Made by a program: the position numbers and the translations under genes. Shown here one piece after another: positions 1 to 12,453 of a stretch of DNA of 64,000 nucleotides (position 1 is its first letter; every line of letters begins with the position of its first letter). The DNA comes from Isurus oxyrinchus (lineage: Eukaryota). The stretch is from the NCBI GenBank assembly GCA_026770705.1, contig JANJGN010000008.1, positions 153,078,001 through 153,142,000 of the forward strand, read 5' to 3'. The notes beneath the pieces are model-generated. The model was not told the DNA's origin. It saw only the letters and a list, made by a program, of their open reading frames with translations, and did no database searches.

Positions 1-620
1 TGAAAACTCACACTTGGATTGAAGAGACCAAGGTTGTGAGGGTTTAAATGAAGCTGGGAAATTCATCTAGATTTGTCTACAGGGAAGGATAACCCACATC
101 TTGAAAGCCAGTTTGGGGATTAGAAGTTATTCAGTTGGAAAAAGAAAATAAATGAAGTAGGCCCGCAGGAGCCAATAATCACTTTGGATTCTTTTGGGGT
201 ATATGTACACCTGGATAGTAGATTTTAGTTTAACTTGACCATTTCCAGGAAATTTTTTACATCATATTCACTAATAAGTTAACATGGTCAAGACACTAAC
301 ATTGAGCCAAAGCAATCATTTTGTATTCTGTACTTCATAGTCATTTACATGTATGAATTAATTACTGTTTGACAGTAACCAGTCAGCAACAGATGATTGA
401 ATAAGTACTGAGCCTGCAGGATTGATGGAAAAGTAATTAATCAAGCAGTTATTAAAGGCTGGATAATGTGCTAACGTTTGAAGTTTAAAGTATTAATTTG
501 CTGCTGCAAGCACCATCTGTGGGAAAAGAGTGCACTTGGTGTTACTGTCCTTGACCATCTGAGGCAGGTATAAGAGACTGAATGGAGATTTTTCTAAACT
601 CAGATGAAAGCAGAATCATG

Positions 621-1158
621 GACAAAATGTTTAACTTGGGTGGGCATGTGGCTGACCCGTTGAGCGTGAAATGACGTGCGCTGATGCTGGGTGAGCCTCC
701 CAATATCAACACACAGTCGCGCAATATTTTGGCCAACGGGCACATGTCTACCGACAATTAAAAGGCCTGTTAAGGCTATTAAATTGTCAATTAAGTTACA
801 TTTTTCGCTGCCCGTCCAACTTTACGATTGGCGGGCGGGCGAAAAAGCCAAGTGGCCTTTGCACTTTTTAGGAAACCTCATCCACGGGCGGGATGAGGTT
901 TCCTAAATCAAATAAAAATAAAATAAAAATTTTAAAACTTGATTAATAACATGTCCCTGCTCATGTGACAGAGTAACATAAAGGCGACATGTTTTATTAC
1001 ATTTTTAATTTTGTTTCTTTTTCATAACTCTTTATCTCTCTAAGGCAGCTCCGTGTCTAAGGGAGATTATGGAATCATCTACCAGCCTGACTGCAGGCAG
1101 CAGGCAGCTTCCTGACCACCCTCACCACGCCAGCCCGACAAAGGCAGGATTCTGCCCC
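621..1158. mobile_element. PIF/Harbinger-type MITE (large hairpin-rich family)
   Basis: Shares family motifs (aaacctcatccacgggcgggatgaggttt; catgtccctgctcatgtgacagag); ends attctgcccc; atg on both flanks. Confidence 0.7.
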
Positions 1159-1919
1159 ATGAAATCTCCCATTGTTCTTCTCCACGGAACAATGTGTGTA
1201 AACGGTCATGTCCAATAATATTAACCCAGTAACAGCAATGACCAATCGGATAATTACAATGGAACTGATTCAAGATGAGGAAATGCTATTTCAAGGGTAA
1301 AAGTTGGTTTCAAGAACCATCTTGTTGCTTGCAAGTCCAACTATAGTCATGGAGGTACTAGACGCTCCCTGGGTAGGGTATGTGAGAAATCGTTGTTAGC
1401 AAGGGAACCTGAGGAACATTTATATTAAAACCTGGGGTGATTGCCCAAATAGAAGGTGTAAAAGTCAGTCATATAATGTGATAAATATACTCTTACCTTT
1501 TACCCCTTTTTCTAAAAAAAACTTTGGTATTATTTGCTATTTCAAAGTTTTGTCTTTGCCTCATGGTTGAGTATCTCTCGAATCTAAAACAGTTTAAAGG
1601 GTTGATTTGGAACTGAGTAATTAGGTGCATGCAATTAAATTAAACTGGATCTGAATTTAAATTAAATACCCCTTTAAAATTGATGGGATTGAAGAGACCG
1701 AGGTTGTGAGAGTTTAAACAAAGATGGGAGATTCACATGGCTTTAGCTAAGTAGGAAAGGAAACTAAGGATCATTCTGACTGGTTCCAGGAGTGTCCACT
1801 TAAGGGACAGAGTAGGGTATAACTGTGGAGGGAGGTGATTGGTCACAGTAGAGAATAAACAAGGGAATTTCTCTGTAGTTTAGAGTATAAGTTGCCTACG
1901 AAATAGTGTTTAATTAACA

Positions 1920-2922
1920 AAAACAAAAATACCTGGAAAAACTCAGCATCTGTGGAGAGGGATACAGTTAACGTTTCGAATCTGAATGACTCTTCATCAG
2001 AACAAAGGAAAAATAGAAAAGAGGTGAAATATAACCTGGTTTAAGGGGAGGTGGGACAAGTAGAGCTGGACAGAGGGCCAGTGATAGGTGGAGATTGCCA
2101 AAAGATGTCATAGACAAAAGGATAAAGAGGTGTTGACGGTGGTGATATTAGCTAAGAAATGTGCTAATGGGGACATTAAGGTTAGAAAGCAGGATGAGCA
2201 AGGTACAGATAGCCCTAGTGGGGGTGGGGGGTGGGGGGGGGGGGTGGTGGGGGCGGGGGGAAGGGATCGAAATAGGCTAAAGGGTAGAGATAAAACAATG
2301 GATGGAAATACATTTAAAAATAATGGAAATAGGTGGGAAAAGAAAAATATATATAAATTATTGGAAAAAAGGGGGATCGGAAAGGAGGTGGGGATGGAGG
2401 AGAGAGTTCATGATCGAAAGTTATTGAACTTAATATTCAGTCCGGAAGGCTGTAAAATGCCTAGTTGGAAGATGAGGTGCTGTTACTCCAGTTTGCGTTG
2501 AGCTTCACTGGAACAATGCAGCATAGCCTATTTCGATACCTTCCCCCCACCCCCCCCAAAACCCCAGTTGGGCTATCTGTCCCTCGCTCGTCCTGCTTTC
2601 CACCCTTAATGTCTCCATTAGCACATTTCTTAGCTAATATCACCACTGTCAACACCTCTTTGTCCTTTTGTCTATGACATCTTTTGGCAATCTCCACCTA
2701 TCACTGGCCCTCTATGCAGCTCTCTACCTGTCCCACCCCCTCCCTTAAACCAGCTGATATTTCACCTCTTTTCTATTTTTCCTTAGTTCTGATGAAGAGT
2801 CATTCGGACTCAAAAAGTTAACTGTATTCCTCTCTGCAGATGCTGTCAGACCTGTTGAGTTTTTCCAGGTATTTTTGTTTTTGTTCTAGATTTCCAGCAT
2901 CCGGAGTATTTTCCTTTTATCT
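1920..2922. mobile_element. Penelope-like element (family 1), inverted pair of 3' ends with 16-bp TSD
   Basis: Left arm (minus, to ~2524) includes the GIY-YIG C-terminal coding remnant; right arm (plus) is its reverse complement; direct repeat tagtgtttaattaaca at 1904-1919 and 2923-2938. Confidence 0.85.
1967..2003 (-). ncRNA. Minimal type I hammerhead ribozyme motif (PLE family 1)
   Basis: Minus strand GUU-CUGAUGA-A-GAGUC-auuca-GAUUC-GAAA-CG-UU-AAC: intact core boxes, stem II, short stem I and palindromic ACGU stem III. Confidence 0.7.
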
Positions 2923-3707
2923 TAGTGTTTAATTAACATTACTTTTAGTTTGTTTGTTACTGTAAAATTTCTTAAAACCTGAAATCTTGTTGTACAATTC
3001 CTTTAAGTTGGTGGCTAGGAAATTGAATTTCTTTTTAAAAGATTTCAGTCTCTATGAGGGTCTTAACTACAGGAGATGGTACTCACTATTATCTTTTGTT
3101 GCAACATTCATTAAATACACTTTTACAAATGTAATTTCTGCAGTGAGTAGAGCTTGAACAAATACGGTCCAATGTATTAATACAGCTATGCTCTTCCATT
3201 AGAATAAGTGACCCGCAGTTGGTTCAGAGTTCTAACTGGTTTGATTTACAGCAAAATGATAGACTTCTATTGATTTAAAAAGTTTAATTCTACATTAACT
3301 CTGCCTACATTTATTCCTTTAACATTTTGTGTCAATCAGTAATTTATGAATGCAGTTTTTGTGCTCACATTCCTGCCATTATATCTTGGCTCCAAATTCA
3401 ATGTTGATGTACAGCTGTTGGCCAACTGAACAATGGAGCTACATTGTTTGACCACACTTCCAAGGGTGGGTGGATCTGGAGCTGCAAGTGATTGACAGCT
3501 CAGAGAGACAAATGCTGGACCACACAGTCTTTATGTGTTGCTCCTTGCTTTCTCTCTCTCTTTCTCTCCTCTGACAAGAGTGTGGGTGAACAGGCATGAG
3601 CAGCCTGTGCCAGAAACCAACTCGTTTTGGGACTGCTTAGCTTGAAGATGAATCTATATCTGTGATGTCAGTAAAGTTTAATTTTTATGGGCTCAGGAAA
3701 CAAGAAT

Positions 3708-3837
3708 GGTGAAGAGTCAGACAGACTCGAAACGTTAACTGTGCTCCTCTCCGCAGATACTGTCAGACCTGCTGAGCTTTTCCAGGTATTTTTGTTTTTG
3801 TTTCGGATTTCCAGCCTCCGCAGTTTTTTGCTTTTAT
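3708..3837 (+). mobile_element. Penelope family 1 3' terminal fragment (truncated within the hammerhead)
   Basis: gaagagtcagacagactcgaaacgttaact ... cgcagttttttgcttttat matches family ends at 2790-2920 and 5380-5503. Confidence 0.8.
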
Positions 3838-4387
3838 GAAAGTTGATTGATACAGTTACACAAAATGTGCTCTGCTCACTCGTGTAAAAGCAATTTCTTT
3901 GCCACCACGCCGTGTCTCAAGAGAACGCTTTTCAATCTGCATCTCGCAAGACAACAATTGTTAGCTCAAATAACAATACACACACAATACTTCAGTAAAT
4001 GGTTTACAAAACAAGGTCCTATCATTTTTTTAAAAATAGTGGATGGTTTTAGGATTGTGAGGTCTGCTTTGCAGAAGTGCCCAGTGACTATGACTGTATG
4101 TGGGTGGTCACAGTGGCAACTGCAAAAATATGAACCTGTTAATAATGAATCATTGGATGATTTTGCTACATCTAAAATAGCTTTGCTCACTGTGCCATAC
4201 ATGGGAAAATATTCTGTTTCTCAGCACAAATGTCCCTCATCTTAATGAGAACAAATGCTTGAGAATTTAGAAAAACCAGCTCAGCCTCGACTGCAGGGTC
4301 TGAGTATCTTCAGTCTATGAGCGCCAAGAGGTCAGTTTTATTTACTTAATGCAGGTATGTGCATTCGGTTTTTAGTTTAGAAGTTTA

Positions 4388-4760
4388 GGGGCAGAATATT
4401 AAGCTCAGTGGGCGGACACGTGCCCCACCCGGCCCGAGTGCAAAATGACACGCGATGATGTTGGGCGAACGTCATGATGTTATCGCTTAGTCCCGTGATA
4501 TTAGGTTCAGCCCGTGCGCACCAGGGTTTGCAGCGCGACCGCTGACAATTAAAAGGCCTATTAAGGCCATTAAAAAGGTAATTCATTTCAAATTTACTCT
4601 GCCCGTCCAACTTAAAGGTTGGCTAAAAGGCCAAGCAGCTTTTGCATTTTTTAGAAAACCTCATCCACGGGCGGGATGAGATTTCCTAAAGCAAAAAAAA
4701 ATAAAATGAGAATTTCAAACTTGAATTAAAAACATGTCCCTGCTCATGTGACGGAGCCAT
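4388..4760. mobile_element. PIF/Harbinger-type MITE, truncated next to a Penelope copy
   Basis: Begins tag|gggcagaat; family palindromes at 4656-4685 and 4733-4752. Confidence 0.7.
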
Positions 4761-4767
4761 GACCCCA

Positions 4768-5504
4768 CAGAACACCTTCGGTCTGTCCGCAAGCATGACC
4801 CAGACCTCCCTGTCGCTTGCCATTTCAACACTCCACCCTGCTCTCATGCCCACACGTCCGTCCTTGGCTTGCTGCATTGTTCCAGTGAAGCCCAACACAA
4901 ACTGGAGGAACAGCACCTCATCTTCCGACTAGGCACCTTACAGCCTTTCAGATTGAATATTGAGTTCAACAATTTTAGATCATGAACTCTCTCCTCCATC
5001 CCCACCCCCTTTCCGCTCCCCCTTTTCCAATAATTTATATTTTTAAAATATTTTTCTTTTCCCACCTTTTTCCATTATTTTTAAATGTATTTCCATCCAT
5101 TGTTTCATCTCCAAGTCTATTTCATTCCCTTCCCCCCACCCCACCCCCACGAAGACCATTTTTTACTTGCTTGTCCTGTTTTCTACCCTTAATGTCACCA
5201 TTAGCACATTTCTTAGCTAATATCACCATCATCAACACCCCCTTGTCCTTTTGTCTATGTCATCTTTGGCAACCTCTCCTTTGCTTCCAACTATCACTGG
5301 CCCTCTGTCCAGTTCTACCTGTCCCACCCCCTTCAACCAGCTTATATTTCACCCCATTTCTATTTTTTCTCAGTTCTGATGAAGAGTCTTACGGACTCGA
5401 AATGTTAACTGTTCCTCTCTGCAGATGCTGTCAGACCTGTGAGTTTTTCCAGGTATTTTTGTTTTTGTTTCAGATTTCCAGTATCCGCAGTATTTTGCTT
5501 TTAT
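4768..5504 (+). mobile_element. Penelope-like element family 1: GIY-YIG endonuclease C-terminus, 3' UTR and hammerhead
   Basis: 4770-4985 reads EHLRSVRKHDPDLPVACHFNTPPCSHAHTSVLGLLHCSSEAQHKLEEQHLIFRLGTLQPFRLNIEFNNFRS*, typical of PLE GIY-YIG C-termini. Confidence 0.88.
5371..5411 (+). ncRNA. Minimal type I hammerhead ribozyme motif (PLE family 1)
   Basis: CAGUU-CUGAUGA-A-GAGUC-uuacg-GACUC-GAAA-UG-UU-AACUG: 5-bp stem I, perfect 5-bp stem II, intact core boxes. Confidence 0.72.
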
Positions 5505-6127
5505 CTTACTCCCCTTCCTTGCTACCATACTCGACATCAAGGATATCACAAGGTTACTGGCACTCTAATGAAAGAAAATAATTTACAATTTAGCACTCAA
5601 ACCCCCTGCCCCGAATGCTACAAAGGGATTATATTTTGATTGTGAGGCACCTGAATTTTTTTTTTAAATATTTAAAATAAATAGTCTTCCTCTTCAACCT
5701 GAAGGTAGCTGTCCCTTCTGCTGTTGCTAAGGAGCTCAGGAACAGCACAACCATATCCAAACCATTCCAAGAGGTGACCTCCACCCGCACCCCCCCCCCC
5801 TCCCCCACATACACTGGACAGAAATCCTGTTGGGATCCCACTATAAATATCATAGTATCAGTGGAGATCAAGCTGGGCAGAAGCAAATCCCATAAAGATA
5901 CAGGGTTTACACCAGAGTGCAAAAACTATGGCTTTGAAGAGCTCTCTTGGCACAAAGTGATCACCAGAGTGTTAGGAGAGAAGAGGACAGAGAAAACAAG
6001 GGAAGGGAAGAGAAGAGAGTCAACAGAAACAGGCCTATCGGCACTGAACCTAGGAGTGAATTCCAATGTCACAGTTGAACAATGTGACAGACCAAGACCT
6101 CAAAAGTTCCAGTATCAAATAACATTA

Positions 6128-6810
6128 TAACATAAGAAATAGGAGTACGCCATTTGGCTCCTCGAGCCTGCTCCACCATTCTGTAAGACCATGGCTGATC
6201 TTCTTGTGTTTCGATTTCCACATTCCCATCTAACCCTGAAAACCTTTGATTCCCTTGCCTAACAAGAATTTATCTACCTCTGCCTTAAAAATATTCAATG
6301 ACCCCGCCTCCATCACCTTCTGAGGCAGAGAGTTTTAAAGTCGCACAACCCTCAGAGAAAAAATTTCTCCTCATCTCTGTCATAAAAGGGCGACCCCTAA
6401 TTTTAAAACAGTGCCCCTTAGTTCTGGACTCAGAAACATCCTTTCGAAGTCTACCTTGTCGAGGCCGTTCAGGATCTTATATACTTAAATTAAATCACTT
6501 CTCACTCTTCTAAACTCCAGTGGAAACAAGCCAAGTCTGTCCAACCTTTCTCATAAGACAACTCACTCATTCCAGATATCAATCTAGTAAACCTCCTCTG
6601 AACCGCCTCCGATGCATTTACATCCTTCCTTAAATAAGGAAACCAAAACTGCACACAGTATTCGAGGTGCGGTGTCACCAATGCCCTGTATAACTGAAGC
6701 ATAATATCCTTACTTTTATGTAATGTCTCATAATAAAGGATAGCATTCCATTAGCCTTCTTAATTACTTGCTGTACCTGCATACTAACTTCTTGTGAGTC
6801 ATGTACTAGA
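6128..6810 (-). mobile_element. CR1 LINE 3' fragment
   Basis: ORF 6502..6702 LYRALVTPHLEYCVQFWFPYLRKDVNASEAVQRRFTRLI is the CR1 ORF2 C-terminal motif; CR1-type 3' tail at 6128-6200. Confidence 0.9.
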
Positions 6811-7446
6811 AAATTTCAGCGTCTATCCTCGCCAGTTTCTTTTTTGTGCTTTCTCAGATGCTAGAGAACATGATTGATGCTGGTAATTAATGTGTGCAAA
6901 GCAAGCATAATCCTCCCTGGATGAACAAAGTCATTTCACTTCCAATTATCTGCAATGTGCTTTTTAATTGTCCTGTTGGGATACTACCTGCTCAAACCTA
7001 ATCATATAACAATGAACAATGCGACATGAATAATGTAACCTGTGGGTGGTTAACCCAGCCCACCAGCAAATCTCTCAGTTTGAGGTGATAATTCTGTTTG
7101 GATGACTGGATGAGTGTCAGAGGATGCTGGGCAGAGGAAGGGGTTAATTTACGGCTATAGTTACATGGCATACCTCTAGGCTTTTTGATAAATATATAAT
7201 AAGTCAATTTTACAATTATTTTGCTTCCAGCTGGAAGTCTAACCTATTGGGAGTGCATGTCAGTAAATAATGGATGATTTTCCATCTGTTAATTGGAAAA
7301 TGTGCTCAAAGTTCCCAAAGTGTGCTCCTGGGTGTGGGTCAAGGCTTCCTCACAGTTTTGCACTTACATTAAGCTGGCCCTGTGAAGCCATGGGACCCTC
7401 ACTGGCAGTTTTATTTTAAACATGTGAGTGCCTTAATTAGAAGGGG

Positions 7447-7740
7447 GATCTTGTGGCACAGTGGGTTGCTTCCCTACCTCTGGGCCAGAAGCTCCAGGCT
7501 CAAGTCCCTCTCCAGGATTTGATGGCCATGGAGGGTTTGTTCAAAACCTGGCCAAACAGGTGGATTATCAGCCTGTAAATCCTTCCAAAAACCTGGTGGC
7601 AGACAGTAAGAGTGGGACGGTTTCCTGGTCAACCATACTGCAGAGGGCAATGACAAGTGACTGCAGCACTTTGCCAAGCATAGTCCTGGACCAATCCAAT
7701 GGAAGCCCGTGGTCGCCAAGGCCCTCTTAGGGCTTGGGGC
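7447..7740 (+). mobile_element. tRNA-derived SINE-like repeat
   Basis: A-box-like gtggcacagtgg and B-box-like ggctcaagtccc at the 5' end. Confidence 0.45.
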
Positions 7741-8251
7741 CTGGGGGAGGAGGAGGCCTTACTCAGAGAGCTCTGAGATTGTGGAGCTCACAACCACATC
7801 GAGTGGGTTGAGGCAAATAGCACAGGTGCAATTAAGGCGAAGCTGGATAGACACATCAGGACGAAAGGAATAGAGGATATGCTGATAGGGTGAGCTGAAG
7901 AATGGGAGGAGGTCCCTGTGAAGTACTGACACAGACTGGCTGGACTCTGATAAAGAAGTTTCACTGTCCCATATCAAGACAGATTTACAGACAATACATT
8001 GAGGCTATCTTTAATGCAACACCATACCCGTTAACATCCCCATTAAGAACAGATACATTTTCTCAACTTTTACATTCAGAAGTATTGATTAAACTAAATG
8101 ATATTTTTTGGAGAAGTTCCTGACAAATTCCCTCAAGTCATGATTCCTATGATGGGACGTGTCACATTGGCTGTCGTACTGAGGTTAAGTCTAAACTGGC
8201 TAATTATTGAAACAACATTATTTCCAGAAGCTAACATTAATCAGCAAGGTA

Positions 8252-8990
8252 AAAGCAAAATACTGTGGATGCTGGAATTCTGAAACAAAAACAAAAATAG
8301 CTGGAAAAACTCAGCAGGTCTGACAGCATCTGTGGAGAGGAACACAGTTGACGTTTCGAGTCAGTATGGCTCTTCATCAGAACTAAGGAAATAGAGAAAT
8401 GAGGTGAAGTATCAGCTGGTTTAAGGGGGGGTGGGACAGGTAGAGCTGGATAGAGGGCCAGTGATAGGTGGAGGCAAAGAAGAGATTGCCAAAGATGTCA
8501 TAGACAAAAGGACAAAGGGGTATTAACGGTGGTGATATTATCTAAGGGATGTGCTAATGGTGACATTAAGGGTAGAAAGCAGGACAAGCAAGGGACAGAT
8601 GGCCCTAGCGGGGGTGGGGTGGGGGGAAGGGATCGAAATGGGCTAAAAGGTGGAGATAAAACAATAGATCGAAATAAATTTTAAAATAGGTAGGAAAAGA
8701 AAAATATATTTTTTAAAAATTCTAAATTATTGGAAAAAGGGGAATTGGAAAGGGGGTAGAGATGAAAGAAAGAGTTCATGATCTGAAGTTGTTGAACTCA
8801 ATATTAAGTCCAGAAGGCTGTAAAGTGCCTAGTCAGAAGATGAGGTGCTGTTCCTCCAATTTGTGCTGAGCTTCACTGGAACAATGTAGCAAGCCAAGGA
8901 CGGACATGTGGGCATGAGAGTAGGGTGCAGTGTTGAAATGGCAAGCGACAGGGAGGTCTGCGTCATGCTTGCGGACATACCGAAGGTGTT
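8252..8990 (-). mobile_element. Penelope-like element family 1 with 15-bp TSD
   Basis: Reverse complement of 4770-5503; direct repeat ttaatcagcaaggta at 8237-8251 and 8989-9003. Confidence 0.88.
8346..8384 (-). ncRNA. Minimal type I hammerhead ribozyme motif with GUC cleavage triplet
   Basis: Minus strand AGUU-CUGAUGA-A-GAGCC-auacu-GACUC-GAAA-C-GUC-AACU; one mismatch in stem II. Confidence 0.72.
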
Positions 8991-9111
8991 AATCAGCAAG
9001 GTATTGGCTCCTCCTGGGCTAAATTATATTGCACAAATCCCAACTTTGCTGACATTCTTCTTATCCCTTTCCACAAATGGCATCATGGTTAAATAGATAG
9101 GGGTTTTTTTT

Positions 9112-11565
9112 TCTTATTTATTCATGGAATGTGGACACACTGGCAATGCCAGCATTTATTGCCCATCTTCATTTCTCTTGAGAGAGTGGTGGTGATCTGC
9201 CTTCTTGAACTGCTGCAGTCCATGTAATGCAGGGCAGGGCATACTCACAGTGCTGTAAAGGAGGTGACCCAGTGACAATGAAGGAACAAAGATATATTTC
9301 CAAGTCACGATCATGTGTGGCTTGGAGGGGGACTTGCAGGGGGTGGTGTTTTCCTATACCTGCTGCCCTTGTCCTTCTGGATGGCAGAGGTTACAGGTGT
9401 GGAAGGTGATATTGAAGGAAGATTGACGGATTGCGGCAGTGCATCTTGTAGGTGGCACATACTGCTGCCACCATGCACCAGTGGCGGAGGGAATTAATGC
9501 TTAAAATGATGGATGTGGTGCCAATCAAGTGGGCTGCTTTGTCCTGGATGGTGTCGAGCTTCTTGAGTGTTGTGGGAGCTGCACTCATCCAGGCAAGTGG
9601 AGAGCATTCCATCACACTCCTGACTTGTGCCCTGTAGACTGGCACTTGTGTGGCGCAAATGTTACTTGCCACTTATGAACCCAAGCCTGAATCTTGTCCA
9701 AGTCTTGCTGCAAGTGGGCATGGAGTGCTACAGTATCTGAGGAGTTACAGATAGAAACAGAAATGTAGAAAATAGAAACAGAGGTAGGTAATTCAGCTCT
9801 TCGGGCCTGCTTTGCCATTCAATATACATTCAATATTCAATAGCCATTCAGAGGATCATGGCTAATCTTCTATCTCAACACCATACTCCCGCTTTCTTCC
9901 CATAACCCTTGATGCTTTTCGAGTCTAGAAATCTATCTATTTCCTTCTTAAATATATTGAGTGACTTGGCCTCCACAGCCCTCTGTGGTAGAGAATTCCA
10001 CAGGTTCACCATCCTCTGAGTGAAGAGGTTTCTCCTCATCTCAGTCCTAAATGGTTTACCCCAACTTCTGAGACAGGCTTTGGGAGTAAGAAGGTGAGTT
10101 ATTCACCACAGAATTCCCAGCCTCTGACCTGTTCTTATAGCCACAGTGTTTATGTGGCTGATCCAGTTCAGTTTCTGGTCAAATGGTAACCCCCAGGATG
10201 TTGATGATGGGGGAATTCAGTGATGGTAATGCCATTGAATGTTGAGCGGGCTGGTTCTCTCTTGTTGAAGATGGTCATTGCCTGGCACATAAGTGGCAAG
10301 TAACATTCCTGCCACACATCAGCCAAGCCTGAATGTTGTCCAGGTCTTGCTGCATGTGCGCAAGGACTGGACCAGAAACAAAATCTTATGGTTTCCCAAC
10401 AACAAACTCCATCATTATCATTGTTCTTCATCCTTCATCACATACAAAGGCACACAATGACAGCTACCAATTCCAAGGCAAATCTAAAACTGATTAAAAC
10501 CAATCACATAGATACAGTTAATATTAGCAAAATGATGGAAGGTGTCATCGACAGTGCTATCAAGCAGCACTTACTCATCAATATCTGCTCGCTCATGCTC
10601 AGTTTGTGTTCCGCCAGTACCACTCAGCTTCAGACATCATTATGGGCCAAAGAGGTGATGGAAGAGTGGCTGCTGTTGACATCAAGGCAGCATTTGACCA
10701 AGTGTGACATCAAGGAGTCATAGCGAAATTGAAATCAATAGGAATGAGGGGGAAAACCCTACATGCTAACACAAAGGAAGACAGTTGTGGCTGTTATCTG
10801 CATCCCACGATATCACTGCAGGCGTTCCTCAGGATAGTTTCCTAGGCCCAACCATCTTTAGTTCTGCCACTGACCTTCCCTCCATCATAAGATCAGAAGT
10901 GGGAATGTTTTCTGATGATTGCACAATGTTCAGTATCATTGCAACGTATAAAATTCTGACAGGGCTGGACAGACTGGATGCATGGATGATGTTTCCTCTG
11001 GCTGGGAGGTCTGGAACAAGGGGTCAAAGTCTCATAAATTGGGGTAAACCATTTAGGACTGAGATGAGGAGAAACTTCTTCACTCAGAGGATGGTGAACC
11101 TGTGGAATTCTCTTCCACAGAGGACTGTGGAGGCCAAGTCACTCAATATATTTAAGAAGGAAATAGATAGATTTCTAGACTCTAAAAGCATCAAGGGTTA
11201 TGGGGAGAAAGCGGGAGTATGGTGTTGAGATAGAGGATCAGCCATGATCCTCTGAATAGCTATTGAATATTGAATGTATATTGAATGGCAGAGCAGGCTC
11301 GAAGAGCTGAATGACCTATTCGTGCTTCTATTTTCTACGTTTCTGTTTCTATCTGTAACTCCTCAGATACCGTAGCACTCCATGCCCACTTGCAGCAAGA
11401 CCTGGACAAGGTTCAGGCTTGGGTTCATAAGTGGCAAGTAGGCAAGTAACATTTGCACCACACAAGTGCCAGGCAATAATCATCTCCATGAGAGATTCTA
11501 AGTGTACACCCACTAACTTGATGCCTAACAGCATTACCATCACAATTCCCCCGGTAATATTCATA
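9112..11565. mobile_element. Cluster of CR1-clade LINE fragments of two families in both orientations, including a local inverted duplication
   Basis: ORF 9391..9672 VRSVMECSPLAWMSAAPTTLKKLDTIQDKAA; ORF 10785..11228 GVPQDSFLGP..FSDDCT (RT motifs) fused to CR1 FRTEMRRNFFTQRMVNLWNSLP. Confidence 0.85.
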
Positions 11566-11629
11566 TTATTGATGGAGGATAAAATTTGGGTAAAATGGAT
11601 ATGTTACTGCAGAAAGATAAATATTAGTG

Positions 11630-12075
11630 TTAGCCATGGTTCAATTGGTAGCACTCTTGGCTCTGGGTCACAAAGTTGCAAGTTCAAGTCCCACTCCAAA
11701 GCTTGAGCATAAAAATCTAGGCTGGTGCTCCAGTTTTGAGGGAATGCTACACTGTCAGAGGTGCTGTCATTCAGATGAGACATTAAACTGAGGCCATGTC
11801 TGCTCCCTCAGAAGTAAAAGATCCCACGGCATTATTTCAAAGTAGAGCAGGGCTGTTATCCCCAGTGTTCTGGCCAATATTTATCTTTAAATCAACATCA
11901 TGAAAAAATAATATCTGAAGAGCACCACATTGTTGTTTTTGGGAGCTTGCTATGTGCAAACTGGTTGCTGCATGTCCTTATGTTACAAGAGATCTTCAAA
12001 ATTAACTTAGGGCTGCAAAATATTTTGGTATATCCTGAGGTTGTGAAAGGTGCTATATAAATGCAAGACTTTTTT
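11630..12075 (+). mobile_element. DeuSINE-type SINE (SacSINE1/AmnSINE1-like)
   Basis: tRNA-like head (ggttcaattggtagc ... gttcaagtccc), Deu-domain-like cagatgagacattaaactgaggcc ... aaaagatcccacggc, L2-like tail aaaggtgctatataaatgcaag. Confidence 0.75.
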
Positions 12076-12139
12076 TTGGAATGAGATGGTTCACAGTGTA
12101 ATTTGAAGTGATACAGACTAAATGATAAAAGTGAGTACC

Positions 12140-12453
12140 GGAGGCAATGGCATAGTGGTATTGTCACTGGATTAGTATTCCAGAGACCCTGATTCGAAAT
12201 TTGAATTCAGTAAAAATCTGGAATCTAAAGTTTGATGATGACCACGAAGCCATTGCCAATTATTGTAAAAAATCCATCTGGTTCTAATGCCCTTTAGGGT
12301 AGGAAATCTACTGTCCTTACCTGGCCTGGCCTACATGTGACTCCAGACCCGCAGCAATGTGATTCGACTCTTAAATGCCCCTGAGCAAGGGCAATTAGGG
12401 ATGGGCAACAAACGCTGGCCTAGCCAACCGCGTCCCATGAATGAATAAAAAAA
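12140..12453 (+). mobile_element. tRNA-derived SINE with a 3' tail shared with the local CR1-clade LINE
   Basis: Head tggcatagtggtattgtcactgg; tail gggcaattagggatgggcaa ... cccatgaatgaataaaaaa; further copies at 36095-36460, 49980-50335, 52000-52330, 61250-61615. Confidence 0.8.

Larger units (their letters stand above)
1381..3067 (+). mobile_element. Probable solo LTR, interrupted by a Penelope insertion at 1920-2922; a related fragment lies at 1-70
   Basis: Starts tgtgag, ends gagggtcttaac like other LTR-like ends here; 1686-1740 resembles 16-70. Confidence 0.4.

Noticed and set aside
2088-2697. Two ORFs on opposite strands starting with identical MEIAKRCHRQKDKEV
   Set aside because: Artefact of the inverted Penelope arms, antisense to non-coding 3' UTR; not a duplicated gene
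4982-5581. 199-aa hydrophobic ORF
   Set aside because: Pyrimidine-rich Penelope 3' UTR read in an arbitrary frame; the real PLE frame stops at 4985
11630-12200. tRNA-like A/B boxes
   Set aside because: These are SINE heads; no complete cloverleaf
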